NCBI RefSeq assembly: GCF_009914755.1
Contig: NC_060941.1
DNA length: 64,000 bases
Source: the human T2T-CHM13v2.0 reference genome, Homo sapiens
Reading direction: 5' to 3' (one strand)
Below are positions 37,093 to 55,677 of this stretch, in pieces. The notes beneath the pieces were generated by a model, which ran no database searches, was not told the DNA's origin, and saw nothing but the letters and a program-made list of their open reading frames with translations. The translations under genes were made by a program, and so were the position numbers. The stretch's first letter is position 1, and every line of letters begins with the position of its first letter.

Positions 37093-37291
37093 GCATGAGT
37101 AGGAGGTTGGGTCACTCTTGATCCCAGTTGCCAGTGAAAACTGTTGGTCACTGTCACCTAACCACACATGCAATAAAGTCTTCTGCCTGCTCCTTACAGC
37201 CCCCAAGAACACCTTCTTCAAGAGAATAAAGTCTTTGATGGCTGCCCTTCCCTAGTTGATTTTGGTCATGTCTTCTAATGAACCATGATGT

Positions 37292-37555
37292 CTCTTTGTA
37301 GGAATGGTATGGAAAAAGAGCCAGATTTGAGGAGGAACATAACATGAGGCTTTCCAAATTATTCTCAGCTGAAAGGTCTTTAATGAAAGTTTCAAACTCT
37401 TTAGTAGTTGGATCGCTGGCATCAGTGGTGCTGGTGCTAGCTGCCTTTCTTTTCTCTCATTCATTGTTTGAAATTGTTGAGGATTGAACAAGTGTGAAGA
37501 TGACCTGAATAGGCCTTCACTTTTGACAGTCACATTCTTGGTAACTGGATTATAC
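37292..37555 (-). pseudogene. CPDP1: Carboxypeptidase D exon fragment (unprocessed, frameshifted, 3'-truncated)
   Basis: tttatcatag|G TAT AAT CCA: YNPVTKNVTVKSEG, then in another frame DASDPTTKEFETFIKDLSAEN..ESLMLCSSSNLAL..YHSYK, matching the CPD domain 2-3 linker as recalled. Symbol from memory of the locus. Confidence 0.85.
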
Positions 37556-37778
37556 CTATGATAAAGGAGACAGATCAGAACCACACTCCTGCAGCTGGAG
37601 TACCCAAACCCTGGGAAGGCAGGTGTGCAGAGAACGTGAGAATCCTTGGGATAAATGTGGTGCAGCTTCCTAAAGAAACAGAGTTTTAATTTCGAGTAAT
37701 TTATTATTTTTAATATGTTAATTAATGAAGAACAGACACAGGTATACTACAAAATATGTATGGGTTTTTTATAATAAT

Positions 37779-43140
<5,362 letters not shown>

Positions 43141-43415
43141 CACCATACCCAGCTGATTCCATTTTCTGACTTTGACCACTGCATTGAAGGGGATATACTG
43201 GCAATATTATTATCACTGGGGAAACTAAGGCCAGGGAGCCATGCCTTATGGGCTGGGACTGTTTCCTCAGCTGCTTTCACGTAAGCTTTGGTGGCCTGCC
43301 CTCTCAGCAGGAAAGACAGGGATGGCTGTCACCGGCAGGCCCAGGCCCAGCCCCTCAGCCAAGTAGGGTGGCCGGAGGATGCCATTCAGCACTGGCTCCC
43401 CAGCCCAGGGCTCAC

Positions 43416-43601
43416 CGCTCTCATCCAGGCCCTCCAGGTGTACTGTCTGGTGGGGTGCAGTGCCATCCACCATGCACTCCAAGATGCTCTGGACCAGAGC
43501 CGGCTGGTTTCCTGGGCAAACCCTGAGGTGCTCCCCCTGCACACAGGTATTTCAGGCCTTGGCTGTCCTCATGGGAGAGTTCCACTGGGATGGTGAGGTG
43601 G
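43416..43601 (-). pseudogene. Second, isolated copy of NOS2 exon 20 with flanking intron
   Basis: [19 protein letters not shown] / GEHLRVCPGNQPALVQSILECMVDG..LDESG; 186 bp versus 182 bp (frameshift); flanks 43141-43743 align to about 19742-20338. Confidence 0.9.
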
Positions 43602-43629
43602 CTGGGGAAGGAAAAAGAAGCCTCAGGTG

Positions 43630-43743
43630 GGCCGGGCACTGTGGCTCATGCCTGTAATCCCAGCACTTTGGGAGGCTGATGTGAGCAGATCACCTGAGGT
43701 CAGGTGTTTAAGACCAGCCTGGCCAACATGGTGAAAACCCGTC
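43630..43743 (+). mobile_element. Alu, 5' part (split by the HML-3 provirus; remainder at 62077-62330)
   Basis: ggccgggc...gtgaaaacccgtc | provirus | cccatctctgctaaaaattac... Confidence 0.9.
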
Positions 43744-44202
43744 TGCTGGGAGCAGGCCCCAAGACTGGCCATAAACAAGATCTCTGCAGCACTGTGACAT
43801 GCTCGTGATAGCTATGATGCTCACGCTGGAGGTTGGTGATTTACCAGAATGAGGGCAAGGAACACCTGGCCCACCCAGGTTGGCAAACTGCTCAAGGTGT
43901 TCCTAAACCACAAACAATGGCATGAGAGATCTGTGCCTTAAGGACATGTCCCTGCTGCAGATAATAAGCCAGAGCCTGTCCCTTTGTTCTCGGTAAAGAA
44001 CACTTTTAGTTAATCTATAAACTGCAGAAATGACATTTATCATAGCTTACTGTCAATAAATAGGTGGATCAAGCTCTGTTCAAGGCTCTCAGCTCTGAAG
44101 GCTGTTAGCCCCCAATCCCACTTTGCATCTATTTCTGTGTCTGTGTTTTTATTCCTCTAGTGCTGCTGGGTTGGGGTCCCCACGACTGAGCTAGTCTCAT
44201 CA
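43744..44202 (+). mobile_element. MER9 5' LTR
   Basis: TGCTGGGAGCAGGCCCCAAGACTGGCCATAAAC...CTGCAGCACTGTGACATG; internal AATAAA; ends CA. Confidence 0.9.
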
Positions 44203-44352
44203 ACTGGCATCCAAATGTGGGGCTCGAACCTGGGTTGAAGGGCTGCTGGAGTGATGGTTGAAGAACGTGGAACTATGCTGGAGGACACTCAAGTGCTCTT
44301 AAGCAATCCCCATGGTGAGAAAGAAGGGGAGCTCAGAAGCATCAGGGTAACA

Positions 44353-45565
44353 ATGAGACAAGGGTCAAGCAGACATGAGGCTTATTTGAGTTGGCTTCAG
44401 CAGCTCCTTGAAAAAGGAGTTAAGGTTAGCACTAGCCAACTTATGCAACTTTTTAGTGCAGCAGAGAAATATTGCCCCTGGTTTCCAAAACGAGGAACTA
44501 TGGAGGTAGAGGTCTGGGAGATGGTAGGTAGCGCACTGAAAAAGGCATATAAGGATGGTGCTGAGGATATTCCCATAACTGTCTGCTCAGTGTGGGCTCT
44601 GATTCATTTCACCTTGGAACCTTTTCACATTGAAGATGAGGAAGGAGACAAAGAAGAGGAGGAATGTGATAGTGTTGTGGAAGAGATAAAAGAACAGATC
44701 TGTCCACTGCTTAAAGAGACCCAAGAAGGGGAAGCTTGTCCCTGCCCCTTGGCACTCCCTCAATATCTTGAAGATAGAGAATGGCCTGACCCTCCTGATC
44801 TTTCTTTTCTGGAGGACACTGGGTGAAAAGAAGTCACCCCAGTGACTGTTTGAGCAGTGCCGCAAGGGACCACCCTCAGCTCTATTCAGGAAGGAATTCA
44901 ACAAGCTAGAAGAGAGGGTGATTTAGAGGCTTGGCAGTTCCCTCAGGATACACCCCCAGATCAACAGGGGAATGTTATGGCTACATTTGAGCCTTTTATC
45001 TTTAAATTACTCAAAGAGTTTAAACAAGCTATCAATCAGGATGGACCAGGTTCTCCTTTCATGATGGGTCTGTTAAAGAATGTTGCTACCTCCAGTCAGA
45101 TGATCTCCATTGATTGGGATGCTCTTACTCGAGCCTGTCTGACTCCTGCTCAGTTTTTACAGTTTAAGACCTGGTGGGCAGATGAAGCTTCTACTCAAGC
45201 TGCCTGCAATGCACAAGTTCAACCTCTGATTAATATAACTGCAGACCAACTTTTGGGAGTCAGTGGCTGGGCTGTGTTAGATGCACAAGTGGTCATGCAG
45301 GACGATGCTACAGATCAGTTTAGAGGAGTGTGCATTAGAGCTTGGGGAAAAAAATCTCTTCAGGTGGAGAACAATACCCTTTTTTTAGTGCTGTTAAGCA
45401 GGGGCTGAAAGAACCTTATGCAGATTTTATAGCTCAGTTTCAGGAGTCTCTTAAGGTGATTGCAGATTCAGCTGCTCAGGATATAGTGTTGCAGTTATTA
45501 GCTTTCAACAATGATAATCCCGAGTGCCAGGCTGCTCTGTGACCTATTAGAGGGAAAGCACATTT
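44353..45565 (+). pseudogene. HML-3 gag, 5' part (MA, CA)
   Basis: MRQGSSRHEAYL.., CPWFP, QFLQFKTWW, major-homology-like VKQGLKEPYADFIA; stops and frameshifts. Confidence 0.88.
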
Positions 45566-46828
45566 TATCAGGGGAACCAGCCCCCAATATTTCAATGTAG
45601 GTTCTTTTTTAGTTCCCTAAGAAATAAAGAGAAAGAATACAAAAGGAGAAATTTTACAGCTGGGCCTCCAGGGGTGACATCAAACGTTGGCAGGTTCCAT
45701 GATGCCCACCTGAGCCGCAAAACCAGTTAGTTTTTATTAGGGATTTCAAAAGGGGAGGGAGTGTATAAATAGGGAATGGGTCACAGAGATCACATGCTTC
45801 ATAGGGCAATAAAATGTCACAAGGAAATGGGGGCAGAGAGAGATCACAAGGCCAGGGTGAAATTAGAATTGCTGATGAGGTTTCATGTCCCACTGTGCAT
45901 ACATGGTCATTGATAAACATCTTAACGAGAAACAGGGTTCGAGAGCAGACAACTGGTCTGACTAGAATTTCACCAGCCTAGAATTTCCCAATCCTAGCAA
46001 GCCTGAGGGCACTGCAGGAGACCAGGGCGTATTTAGTCCCTTATCTACAACTGCATAAGACAGACACTCCCAGAGTGGCCATTTTAGAGCCCTCCCCCTG
46101 GGAATGCATTCTTTTCCCAGGGTTGTTCCTTGCTGAGAAAAAGAATTCGGTGATATTTCTCCTATTCACTTTTTTTTCTCATCTTCCTTTTTTTTTATTA
46201 GAAAGTCCTATTTTATTATTAGAATTATTAGTCCTATTTTTATTAGAATTATTAGTCCTATTTTATTATTAGAAGTCTCATTTGCCTATTTTATAGGCAA
46301 GGAAACAGAAGCCCAGAGAAAGAAATATGACTCTGTTCTGCCCAGCTCCACAGGCAGTCAGACCTTATGGTTATCTCTCTTGTTCCCTGAAAATCACTGT
46401 TATCCCGTTCTTTTAGGATGCCCAGATTTCATATTGTTCAAACACATATGTCTTACAAACAATTTGTATAGATAATGCAATCATCACAGGGTGTTGAGGT
46501 GACATACATCCTCAGCTTATGAAGATGATGGGATTAAGAGACTAAAGTAAAGACAGGCATTGGAAATTTTAGGAGTATTGATTGGGGAAGTGATAAATGT
46601 CCATGAAATCTTCACAATTTATGTTCGGAGATTGCAGTAAAGACAGGCATAAGAAATTATAAAAGTATTAATTTGGGGAACTAATAAATGTCCATGAAAT
46701 CTTCACAATTTATGTTCTTCTGTGGTGGCTTCAGCCGGTCCCTCCATTTGGGGTCCCTGACTTCCTGCAACACCTCTCCCTTTCCTTTCATATAAATGTG
46801 CCATGGCAATGAAGGCTTGTTCATTCTC

Positions 46829-48860
46829 TCAATTTTGACACAGGATTCTTTTACTGGTCTGACACACTAAAGACAAGCTGATTAAATGGAGAAACATAAT
46901 TCCAAAATTTACTACACTGGAGTCCCCAATTGACTTAATCCAAGTCATGGGGTTTAGTCCAGAAAGGTTTTCTGCCACCTGATCTAATGCCTCAGCTCCA
47001 GGCACAATGGATAAATGAGCTTGAGAGGCTTCAAAAATTTGTTTCTTTAATTTAGTTATGTCCAATGGTAAATTGTCTTCCCTACCCAGAAGGTGTCCTT
47101 TGACCATTTTCCATGAATGATCAGTCTCACTGTAGGAATATGGTGTAATCCAGAAATCAGAAGTGCTCCAATCACACTGCATTTGCATGCAATGTTCGAG
47201 ACTCACTACCCAATCTCCAAGCCAAATAACAGACTGTCTTAAATCATTAATTTGATTAGCCAATTTTTGATCAATACTTTGCTGAGAATTCCACATTTGG
47301 GTGGAATTGGCTTGCCAATCATTAACAAAATGAGCCATTTGAATAGACTGATATAACACCATTCCAGCAGTGGTGGCCATTGCAGTGACCATAATTAGGC
47401 CCATGATCACAGTGATTAAAGTGAAAACAAATATCTTAGATCTTTTTGTTATTCACTGTAACACTTCATTAATTAAATGTATCGAGGGGGAGGATTCCCA
47501 AGGTCTGGGCAAAGTTAACGGAATCCAGATTCCTTCTTGAGCTCAAACCAACATTACACTTTTCCTGGAGTCAAAATGGGAGTTAATACAAGTGTATAAA
47601 TGACAATCAATGCATTGGACAGTTTGATTGTTAGTCCAAATTTTGATTTTCCCACTAACAGCATGTAAGGAGGCTTAACACAACTCTGCATGGGAACAGT
47701 CAGGTTGGAGGTAAGCAAAGCAAAATGTCTGGATCTATGTTGATACTGAGGGAGAGGGATGGTAGTGGGGACAATAGACAGAAAAGTTTCCCCTTCCCAT
47801 ACTCACGGTCCAGACATGGTAAGAGCCAATTTCCAAAGTTCTGGATGTTCTTGGCTTAGAATGGGGAATATCATATGAGGCCTCGGAGGGGGGGGGTAAT
47901 GCCTTTATCTTCCCATTTTAAGGGAAAGAATGAGCTGAACCTCCTATGCAAAGTAGAATGATGATTCTCATTCTCCCGATAAGAAATAAAATAAGTAGCC
48001 TCCAGGCATTCCCTTCTGGAGAGGAGCAATTGTTTTTTAAATAGACCTTTGGTGCCCAGTCTATTACTAAACCATATGAGTCATTTTTTAATATTACTGC
48101 ATGTGGGTTAACACAATCTTCCCAAATTAAAGTTTTAGATGGGCCCTCAAAATTTTTAGGGCATGGTTTTCCTGCAGGTTTATATTGAAAGTATGGGGTA
48201 TCTCCTATTACTCCCCCTTTCATTTGTTTTAAAGGAGAAAGGGAGAGGCTGGAGACAAAATGTCCTGGTTTCTCTGTAGCTGATCTCTCTGGAAGATAAG
48301 CAGCCCAGACTTGGGTTTCTAGATGGATACAACCAGATGCATGTCTGAGGCACAGAGAGGGGGTATCTATAACCCATAGTAACATTAAATGCAGTGCCTT
48401 CTTCTTCTGGTTGAGCAGGGCAATGCTCATCTGTAGCTCCAGGCATCCACAAACTATCATTAGTGTAGATTTCTGCAGAAGCATCCATCCAGGTGAGAGG
48501 TCAAATGAGTGGAGGAAAAGGCACATAAGCCCAGCAAGAATAATTTTGTGTAGCAGGTAAATCAGTGTGAGAGGAAACTGGTGAGACAGAAAGTATAAGG
48601 AGGACAATCATTAAATAAAACCTGTTGTAAGTGAGATTCAGTGCTGAAGGAGGAAGAGAAGAACAGAGGGATGTTATTTCCAGGTAATAGAAATGGTGAG
48701 ATTTTTAGGTTTGTAAGGAGAAAAAGAAAGGTATTTAGGAGAAGTGGGATTAGTTAGATGGGTCTCCGTTGCCATCAGGGAGTATTGAACCAGGCCCATT
48801 TTGATTTGGTGTGCCAGCTTCTGAGGAGTTGGCACAGATCTCACCACATCTCAGGGTGGT
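46829..48860 (-). pseudogene. HML-8 env (SU fragmented, TM partly open)
   Basis: ORFs 46829..47410 ([27 protein letters not shown]), 47918..48607 and 48180..48488 ([12 protein letters not shown]); 5' end approximate. Confidence 0.85.
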
Positions 48861-51370
48861 CTGTGACATGGACGTCTTTTCCCTGTGGTTTTCATTGTCA
48901 GTATTCACACGAAGCTTGAGTCTCCTAGTGGGCACCCAGACAGGAGATTGATGATCTCCTGGTGAAACACAAGCATATCCTCTCCCCCACATTATAATTG
49001 TGCCAGGTTCCCAGGTATTGGTTTGGGAGTTTTTCCATAACACTGGCTTGCCTTCGTTTAGGGAGAATTTTTTGCCTGTATAATGGTGTTTGGCTGCAGT
49101 TAGATTATTATCTTTAGGGACATTTACAAAAGTTAAAGTAAACAATGCCAAATATAATTGGGAATGGGGGGTAGTTAAATTATGTTTTTGTTGTTCAGAC
49201 TGTTTGGGCAATTGAGTTTTTAAGGTGCAATTGACCCATTGCACCACAGCCTGTCCCTGAGGATTGTAAGGGATTCTGGTAGTATGGGAAATTCCCCATT
49301 GTTGCATAAATAAATCAAAAGCCTTACTAACATATCCAGGGGTGGTGTCTGTCTTTATTTGATATGGAAGCCCCATAACTGCAAAGCAAGAATACAAATG
49401 TTTTTTAACATGGGCCATGCCTTCCCCTGTTTGGCAAGTAGCCCAGATAAAATCTGAGAAAGTATCTACAGAAGCATGCACACATGAAAGTCTCCCAAAG
49501 GAGCTAACATGAGCCACATCTATTTGCCATAAATCATTAGGAGTTAGGCCTCTGGAATTAACACCAGGTTCCTGATTTGGAAGTATAAAGACCTGACCCT
49601 GAGGGCAGCTGTGAACAATAAGCTTAGCCTCCTTCCAGGTGACAGCAAATTCATCTTTTAATACAGCAGCATTGACATAAGTGAGATTATGGAACTCCTG
49701 AGCTTCTTGGGTTGCAAAAAAGACCAAACAGTCAACTTTATGGTTACCAGCAGACATGGGTCATGGTAAAGTGGTATGAGATCTAATATGTGTAATATAG
49801 AAAGGGTGTTTACTGTTTATGTTGGCAAACTTCCTGTTGTAGCCTTGAAAATAAAGAAGCCAGTTCAGAATTATCAATATATTTGATGGTAGCAGTTTCT
49901 ATATTTTTAGTGGCATGTACAACATAAGCAGAATCAGAGACAATATTTAAAGGTTTGGGGAAATCCTGTAAGGCAGTAATGACAGCAATTAACTCTGCCT
50001 TTTGAGCAGAGGTATAAGAGGTAGAAATAAGCTTGTCTGTAGGACCTACATAACCAGCATTTCCATTACTGGAGCCATCAGTGAACACTGTAACGGCCTC
50101 AGGAATGGGCTGATCTTTGGTTAATCGAGGGACCACACAAGACGTCATTTTTATGAAATCAAACAATTTGTTTTTTGGATAATGATTGTCAATAACACCA
50201 ATAAAATCAGCCAAGTGAATTTGCCACAGTACAGAATGTTGAAAGGCAGCTTGAACTTTGAGCCGATTTAAAGAAACTACAATTAAATTCAGATCAAACC
50301 CGGAAATTTTAAGTATTCTGCACTGTGCCTGTCCAATTAGAGTGGCTGTTTGGTCCAAATAAACAGACAAAGTTTTCAACACAGAATGAGGAGGAAAACA
50401 CCACTCTACTAAATCATTATGTTGAACTATTAGTCCAGTAGGGGAGTGCAATGAAGTGAAAAAGAGAAGCTGAAAAGGCTGAGATGGCTGTACTCTAGAT
50501 AACTGGGCTGTCTGGATTCCTTCTTCTATGAATTCCAGTTCTAGTGAAGCCTCAGGGATCAAAGTCCTGGGACTGCAGAGATTGGAATCTCCCAATAGCA
50601 TAGAAAACAAGTTAGACAGTGCATAGGTTGGAATGCCTAAAGTAGGTCTTAAATAATTAATGTTACCCAAGAGTTTTTGGAAGTCATTAAAGTTTTCAAA
50701 GAATCTCTCCTAATCTGAACTTTTTGAGGTTGAACGTGTTGATTATCGACCACCATTCCTAAATATTGAACTGGAGTGGTCTGTTGAATTTTATCCTGAG
50801 TGATGTGTAATCCAGCCTCTGTAACACAGCAGCTCAAAATTTGATAACAGTCAATTAATTCTTTATCAGTGAGGGCAGCAATTAAAATACCATCAATATA
50901 ATGAAGAATATAGGCCTGGGGAAATTGGGCTTGAACTGGTGAAAGCACTTGTCCAACATAAAGCTGGAAGATTGTAGGGCTATTCAGCATTCCCTGAGGA
51001 AGTACTTTCCATTGATAATGAGCCGTAGGCTCTTGATTATTGATAGATGGTACAGTAAAAGCAAATTTTTCACAATCCAATTTATGTAAAACAATATAAA
51101 AAAATCTTTAAGATCAATAACTATGAGAGACCAATTTTTAGGTATTAAAGCAGGGGTAGGCATGCTGGGTTGGAAGGCTCCCATAGGTTTAATTACAGCA
51201 TTAATGGCCCTTAAATTCATCACCATCTGCCACTTGCCTGATTTCTTTTTTACTAGAGACACAGGAGAATTCCAGGGGGAAAGAGAAAATTCCACATTCC
51301 CAAGTTGTAACTGTTCAGAAACTGTCCATTGTAAAGGGATAGAATCAGGAGGCATGGCAGTGGCTGCCAT
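48750..51370 (-). pseudogene. HML-8 pol (RT, RNase H, integrase), frameshifted
   Basis: SPWNSPV, LPQGMLNSP, YIDG (YxDD broken), FTDGSS, WQID/KTD integrase motifs across ORFs 50984, 50649, 49810 and 48750. Confidence 0.9.
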
Positions 51371-52170
51371 TAAAAAGGATAACTTAAAGCAGCCCTGTCT
51401 TCTTTTACAGTAATTGGGAGGGATTTAGTAATCCCTTCATGTTTTGGACTGAGTCCAGGAACAAACCCCATGTTTTCTATCATATGCTGACTGGGAGCAC
51501 TATAAGAGTTATGTGTAATATTAATTTCAGTCTCCCATTGTGCCAGTAAATCTCTACCCCAAAGATTAATGGGGATTGGCATGATATAAGGCTGAATTGT
51601 ACCCTTTTCACCATCAGGGCCAGTGCAAGGCAAGATAAATGTGCTCTTGTAAACTTCATCAGCTTTTCCAACACCTACTAGTCCCATGTTACTGGGATGT
51701 TTAAGCCAGGAAGAAGGCCATAAATTAGAGGAAATAATAGAAACATCAGCCCCAGTATCTACTAGGCCCTCAAACTTTTTTCCTTGAATGTGCACGTGGG
51801 CCATTGTTTAGAAATTACATTAATCCAATAAGCAGTCTTTTCACCGCCAGAGCCCGTCCCATGGCCACATGTCTTATCTCCTTTGCTTAAAACAATATTA
51901 GGTAGTAAAAGCAATTGAGCAATTGATTCACCGGATGGAATGAAAACAGGAACCTTGGCAGACATGATTAGTTTAATATCATCAATGGAATCAAAGTTAA
52001 TGAGATCAGTATGAATGGTGATTCCTTTAGCAGAGGTAGATGCTCTACCTAACACCAGGCCCACCGAACGTTGAGGTAAATGGCCAGTGACCCCATGGGG
52101 ACAATTAAAGGCAAAGAGTTAGGTAGTAAATTTAGAGGAATAGTACTACAGAGATTGACTGCCCCATGCC
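51370..52170 (-). pseudogene. HML-8 pro (dUTPase-like domain plus aspartic protease)
   Basis: GLVLGRAS..GESIAQLLLLP; LVDTGADVSII; NLWGRDLL; G-patch-like tail. Confidence 0.88.
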
Positions 52171-54266
52171 TTACTGTGGAGATGGACAAGCATTGTACTG
52201 AGACAGAAGGAGAGGCTGGGACCCATATGGGTTGGCTGTAGGTAAATTTGTTTGTTCTGGGGGCTGCATTGGGACCACCTGAAGCAGAAACACAACATTG
52301 GTCTGAGTCTGAAGCATCCCATTTGATATTGGGGCCTGGGACTTGCCCCGCTTCCTGTTTCCCTGGTTTTGTGGCAGGGAGTTTCCATCTATATCATTCT
52401 TAGAGTGGCAAGTACTTGCCCAATGTTTACCTTTGCGACAATGTGGGCAAACAGTAGCAGCAGCATTTGGCCATGTTTGTTGAGCCAGCTTGGTCACTTT
52501 TAAGTTTTTAACAGTGCAATTTTTCTGAATATGACCAAGTTGACTGCAATTATAGCAGGCTCCAAGAAAAGAATTAGTGGGGCCAGTTTGATTGGTGTCC
52601 TTCATGGCCTGTGGCCACAGAATACCTTTGTGGGTGTCTGATCCAATGCCTTCACAAGCTTTAATATATGCAGGCAACACCTCGTGATCAGGTAAATTTT
52701 GTCATTGGATGGAACACATGGCCATTTTACACTCATGGCTCACATTTTCAAAAGCTAACATAGGAAGGAGAATACCTACAGCATGCTCATCAGAGACAGG
52801 TTTTTCAACAGCATCTTATAATTTAGCTAAAAAATCAGGGTATAATTCAGTGTGACCTTGTTTAACCGTAGTAAAATAAACAGGAGCTTGGCCTGGGGCA
52901 CATAATTTATCCCAAGCTCTCATACACACCTTTGTTGCTTGTTCTGTGGTAAGAGCATCAAAGTTTAATTGGGCATAAGTATCAGAGAAACTATCAGAGC
53001 CTGTGAGCTGAGCCTGAGTAATTAGAAAGCTAATAGTCCAATTTAGCTGGGCCTGCAAACGGGCCTCCTCTGACCACCAGGTATGAAATTGTAAATGCTG
53101 AGATGGGGTTAAAACAGCTTTTTCCAAAAGGTCCCAGTCTAAAGGAAGAAAAATGACCTCAGTACAAAAAGTTAGTAATACCATTTTAACATAAGGAGAA
53201 GTAGGGCCATACTGAGTACAAGCATCCCTAAATTCTTTTAAAAAGGTAAGATTGAGAGGTACATAATGACACATTTGTACCCCTTGGAAGTTGGGAGGTT
53301 CTAGCATGACTGGATAAGCCCACGCATCTAATCCATTTGTTTGTTTATTTTGGCATAATAAACATTGCACTGAAGTTTTAAGAGTAGGCATCTGAGACAG
53401 AGTTGGCATAGATGTGACAGGAAAAGCATGTGTAGATTAGGGAAACTGAGGGTGAGGGGGTCAGACCAGAATGAGAGCATGAGAAATGGGCATTGGGGGA
53501 GCAGAAGGAGCAGAAGTATACTGGTGATTACTGGCATCCCTGTGTGAAGAAGGGTACAGAGAAGCAGGCTGAGTGGATGGCAAAGTGACTGGTTGAGGAA
53601 CTGAAATGACCAGAGGGTGATGGGCTGCAGTGGATGGGGGAGGGCCTGAATAATTATAGGTAAATTGTAGTTTGGTCCCAGAGCCATTAGCTGACTCCAG
53701 AAGTTTGAAGAGAGAAGAATTTGCATATATATGGTCCCGGGCTGTCTGAGTTGGGGCCATGGGAGCTACAAGTACCAGCTCTTCGTGAAAAGAAATAAGG
53801 TCATCAAGGGGTGACATTAAGCCAAAGTCACTGGAGTTAGATATTGAATTGTCAGCATCGTTAATTGGGGGAAGAGTAGGCGAAGGGAGAGGCTGATCAG
53901 TTAACAAAGGCTGTGTAGGAGAGGAAGGTTGAGGAAGAGGTGGAGGTCATCAGATTCAGAAAATTGTGGTAACTGTAGGGAGTCACGGGATTGGTATGTC
54001 ATTAGGATGGCACATGCCAAGGCCCAATCACCCCAAACAGTGATGGGAACATAATTTCCTGTTGAGACCAGTTCCTGGAATGTTGTGCCAACACTATCCC
54101 ATAGTTCTACAACTAAGGTTCCTTTTTCAGGAAACTAAGGACAGTGTTCTTCCACCGCCCTGAATAGAGTGACCATATTTTCCATGGTTACTCAGACACT
54201 GCCCTGTTTTTACAGGAGTTTAATATAGCAGAGGTAAGCATGAAGTTTAGACTCCATGTGGCCCAT
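52171..54266 (-). pseudogene. HML-8 gag
   Basis: ATG GGC CAC at 54266; CA motif QYGPTSPY..FHTWW; two CCHC knuckles CYNCSQLGHIQKNC and CPHCRKGKHWASTC; stops and frameshifts. Confidence 0.88.
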
Positions 54267-55281
54267 AGTTAACCTGGACCATACACAGACTACTCACCAG
54301 TTGTCAGGGAGTCGAACAAGTGTTTCCTTGGACTGAACCGATGGCATTTCTCCCCACCTATCAAAGGGAATTGGGTTTGCACATGCACTTAGGAAAAAAG
54401 AAAAACCACACTGGGTGCCAGATATCAGGGGAACCAGCCCCCAGTATTTCAACGTAGGTTCTTTTCTATTTTCCCTAAGTGTCAGCCAGTCTGAGAAATA
54501 AAAAGGGTGCAAAACAGAGAAATTTTACAGCTGGGCCTCTGGGGATGACATCACATGTTGGCAGGTTCTGTGATGCCCACCTGAGCCACAAAACTAGCAA
54601 GTTTTTATTAGGCATTTCAAAAGGGGAGGGAGTGTACTAATAGGGAGTGAGTCACAGAGATCACATGCTTCATAGGGCAATAAAATATCACAAGGCAAAT
54701 GGGGGCAGAGCGAGATCACAAGGCCAAGGTGAAATTAGAATTGCTGATGAGGTTTCATGTCCCACTGTGCACACATTGTCATTGATAAACATCTTAACCA
54801 GAAACAGGGTTCGAGAGCAGACAACTGGTCTGATTAGAATTTCACCAGGCTGGAATTTCCCAATCCTAGCAAGCCTGCAGGCATTGCAGGAGACTAGGGC
54901 ATATTTCATCCCTTATCTACAACTGCATAAGACAGACACTCCTAGAGTGGCCATTTTAGAGACCTCCCCCTGGGAACGCATTGTTTTCCCGGGACTGTTC
55001 CTTGCTGAGAAAAAGATTTCAGTGATATTTCTCCTATTCACTTTTGCAAGAAGAGAAATATGACTCTGTTCTGCCTGGCCCCACAGGGAGTCAGACCTTA
55101 TGGTTATCTCTCTTGTTCACTGAAAATCACTGTTATCCTGTTCTTTTAGGATGCCCAGATTTCATATTGTTCAAACACACATGTTTTACAAACAATTTGT
55201 ACAGATAATGCAATCATCACAGGGTCCTGAGGTGACATATATCCTCAGCTTATGAAGATGATGGGATTAAGAGATTAAAGT

Positions 55282-55677
55282 GTTGAACAATGTAAACAAT
55301 CATGAGAGGAAATACGCTGTTGGGGATGATGCTCAGTTTGAGATGGACATCTGACTCTTCTGCAAGGATTACAAGAAAAGCAGCAATGTAGATACTTGTG
55401 TGCACATGATTTGGCCAATAGGATCAACCATGAAAGACAGATGATGCACTACCAGCAGTCCCCATTACAGTCTCTACCTCCCCCTCTTCTTCTGGGTGGC
55501 AAGTGATGGGAAGATGATCTTCATCTAACCACTTCTTCTACCTGTCTCCTGTTCCCCTTTCTGGTTAAACAGGATAGATTGAAGGCCTTTGGTGTATTTC
55601 TGTAGAGCTAAGCAGCCCTTAGAGGAAAACAAATAAATTGGATGTCCTAGTTGTTTTAAAAAAAAAGAAGAAGAAGA
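55282..55677 (+). pseudogene. 5'-truncated processed pseudogene of EIF4EBP2 (4E-BP2) inside the MER11 5' LTR
   Basis: 55283-55354 reads [23 protein letters not shown] (4E-BP2 C-terminus as recalled: [23 protein letters not shown]); AATAAA 55632-55637; A/(GAA)n tail; TSD AGATTAAAGT at 55272-55281 and 55678-55687. Confidence 0.9.

Noticed and set aside
36410-37221. Leu/Ser-rich minus-strand ORFs
   Set aside because: Artefacts of the GA/CT low-complexity tract.
46530-46720. Spaced direct repeats (also at 55685-55860) resembling an array
   Set aside because: Intrinsic internal tandem repeats of MER11 LTRs, present in both LTRs; not CRISPR-like.
46829-47410. 193-aa env TM ORF as a co-opted syncytin-like gene
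   Set aside because: No signal peptide or in-frame SU, and the disulfide-loop second Cys is W (CDWSTSDFW).
48750-49757. 335-aa open HML-8 integrase as a functional enzyme
   Set aside because: The HHCC finger is degenerate (second H>Y, second C>G) and the catalytic E appears as Q (QAVVQW).
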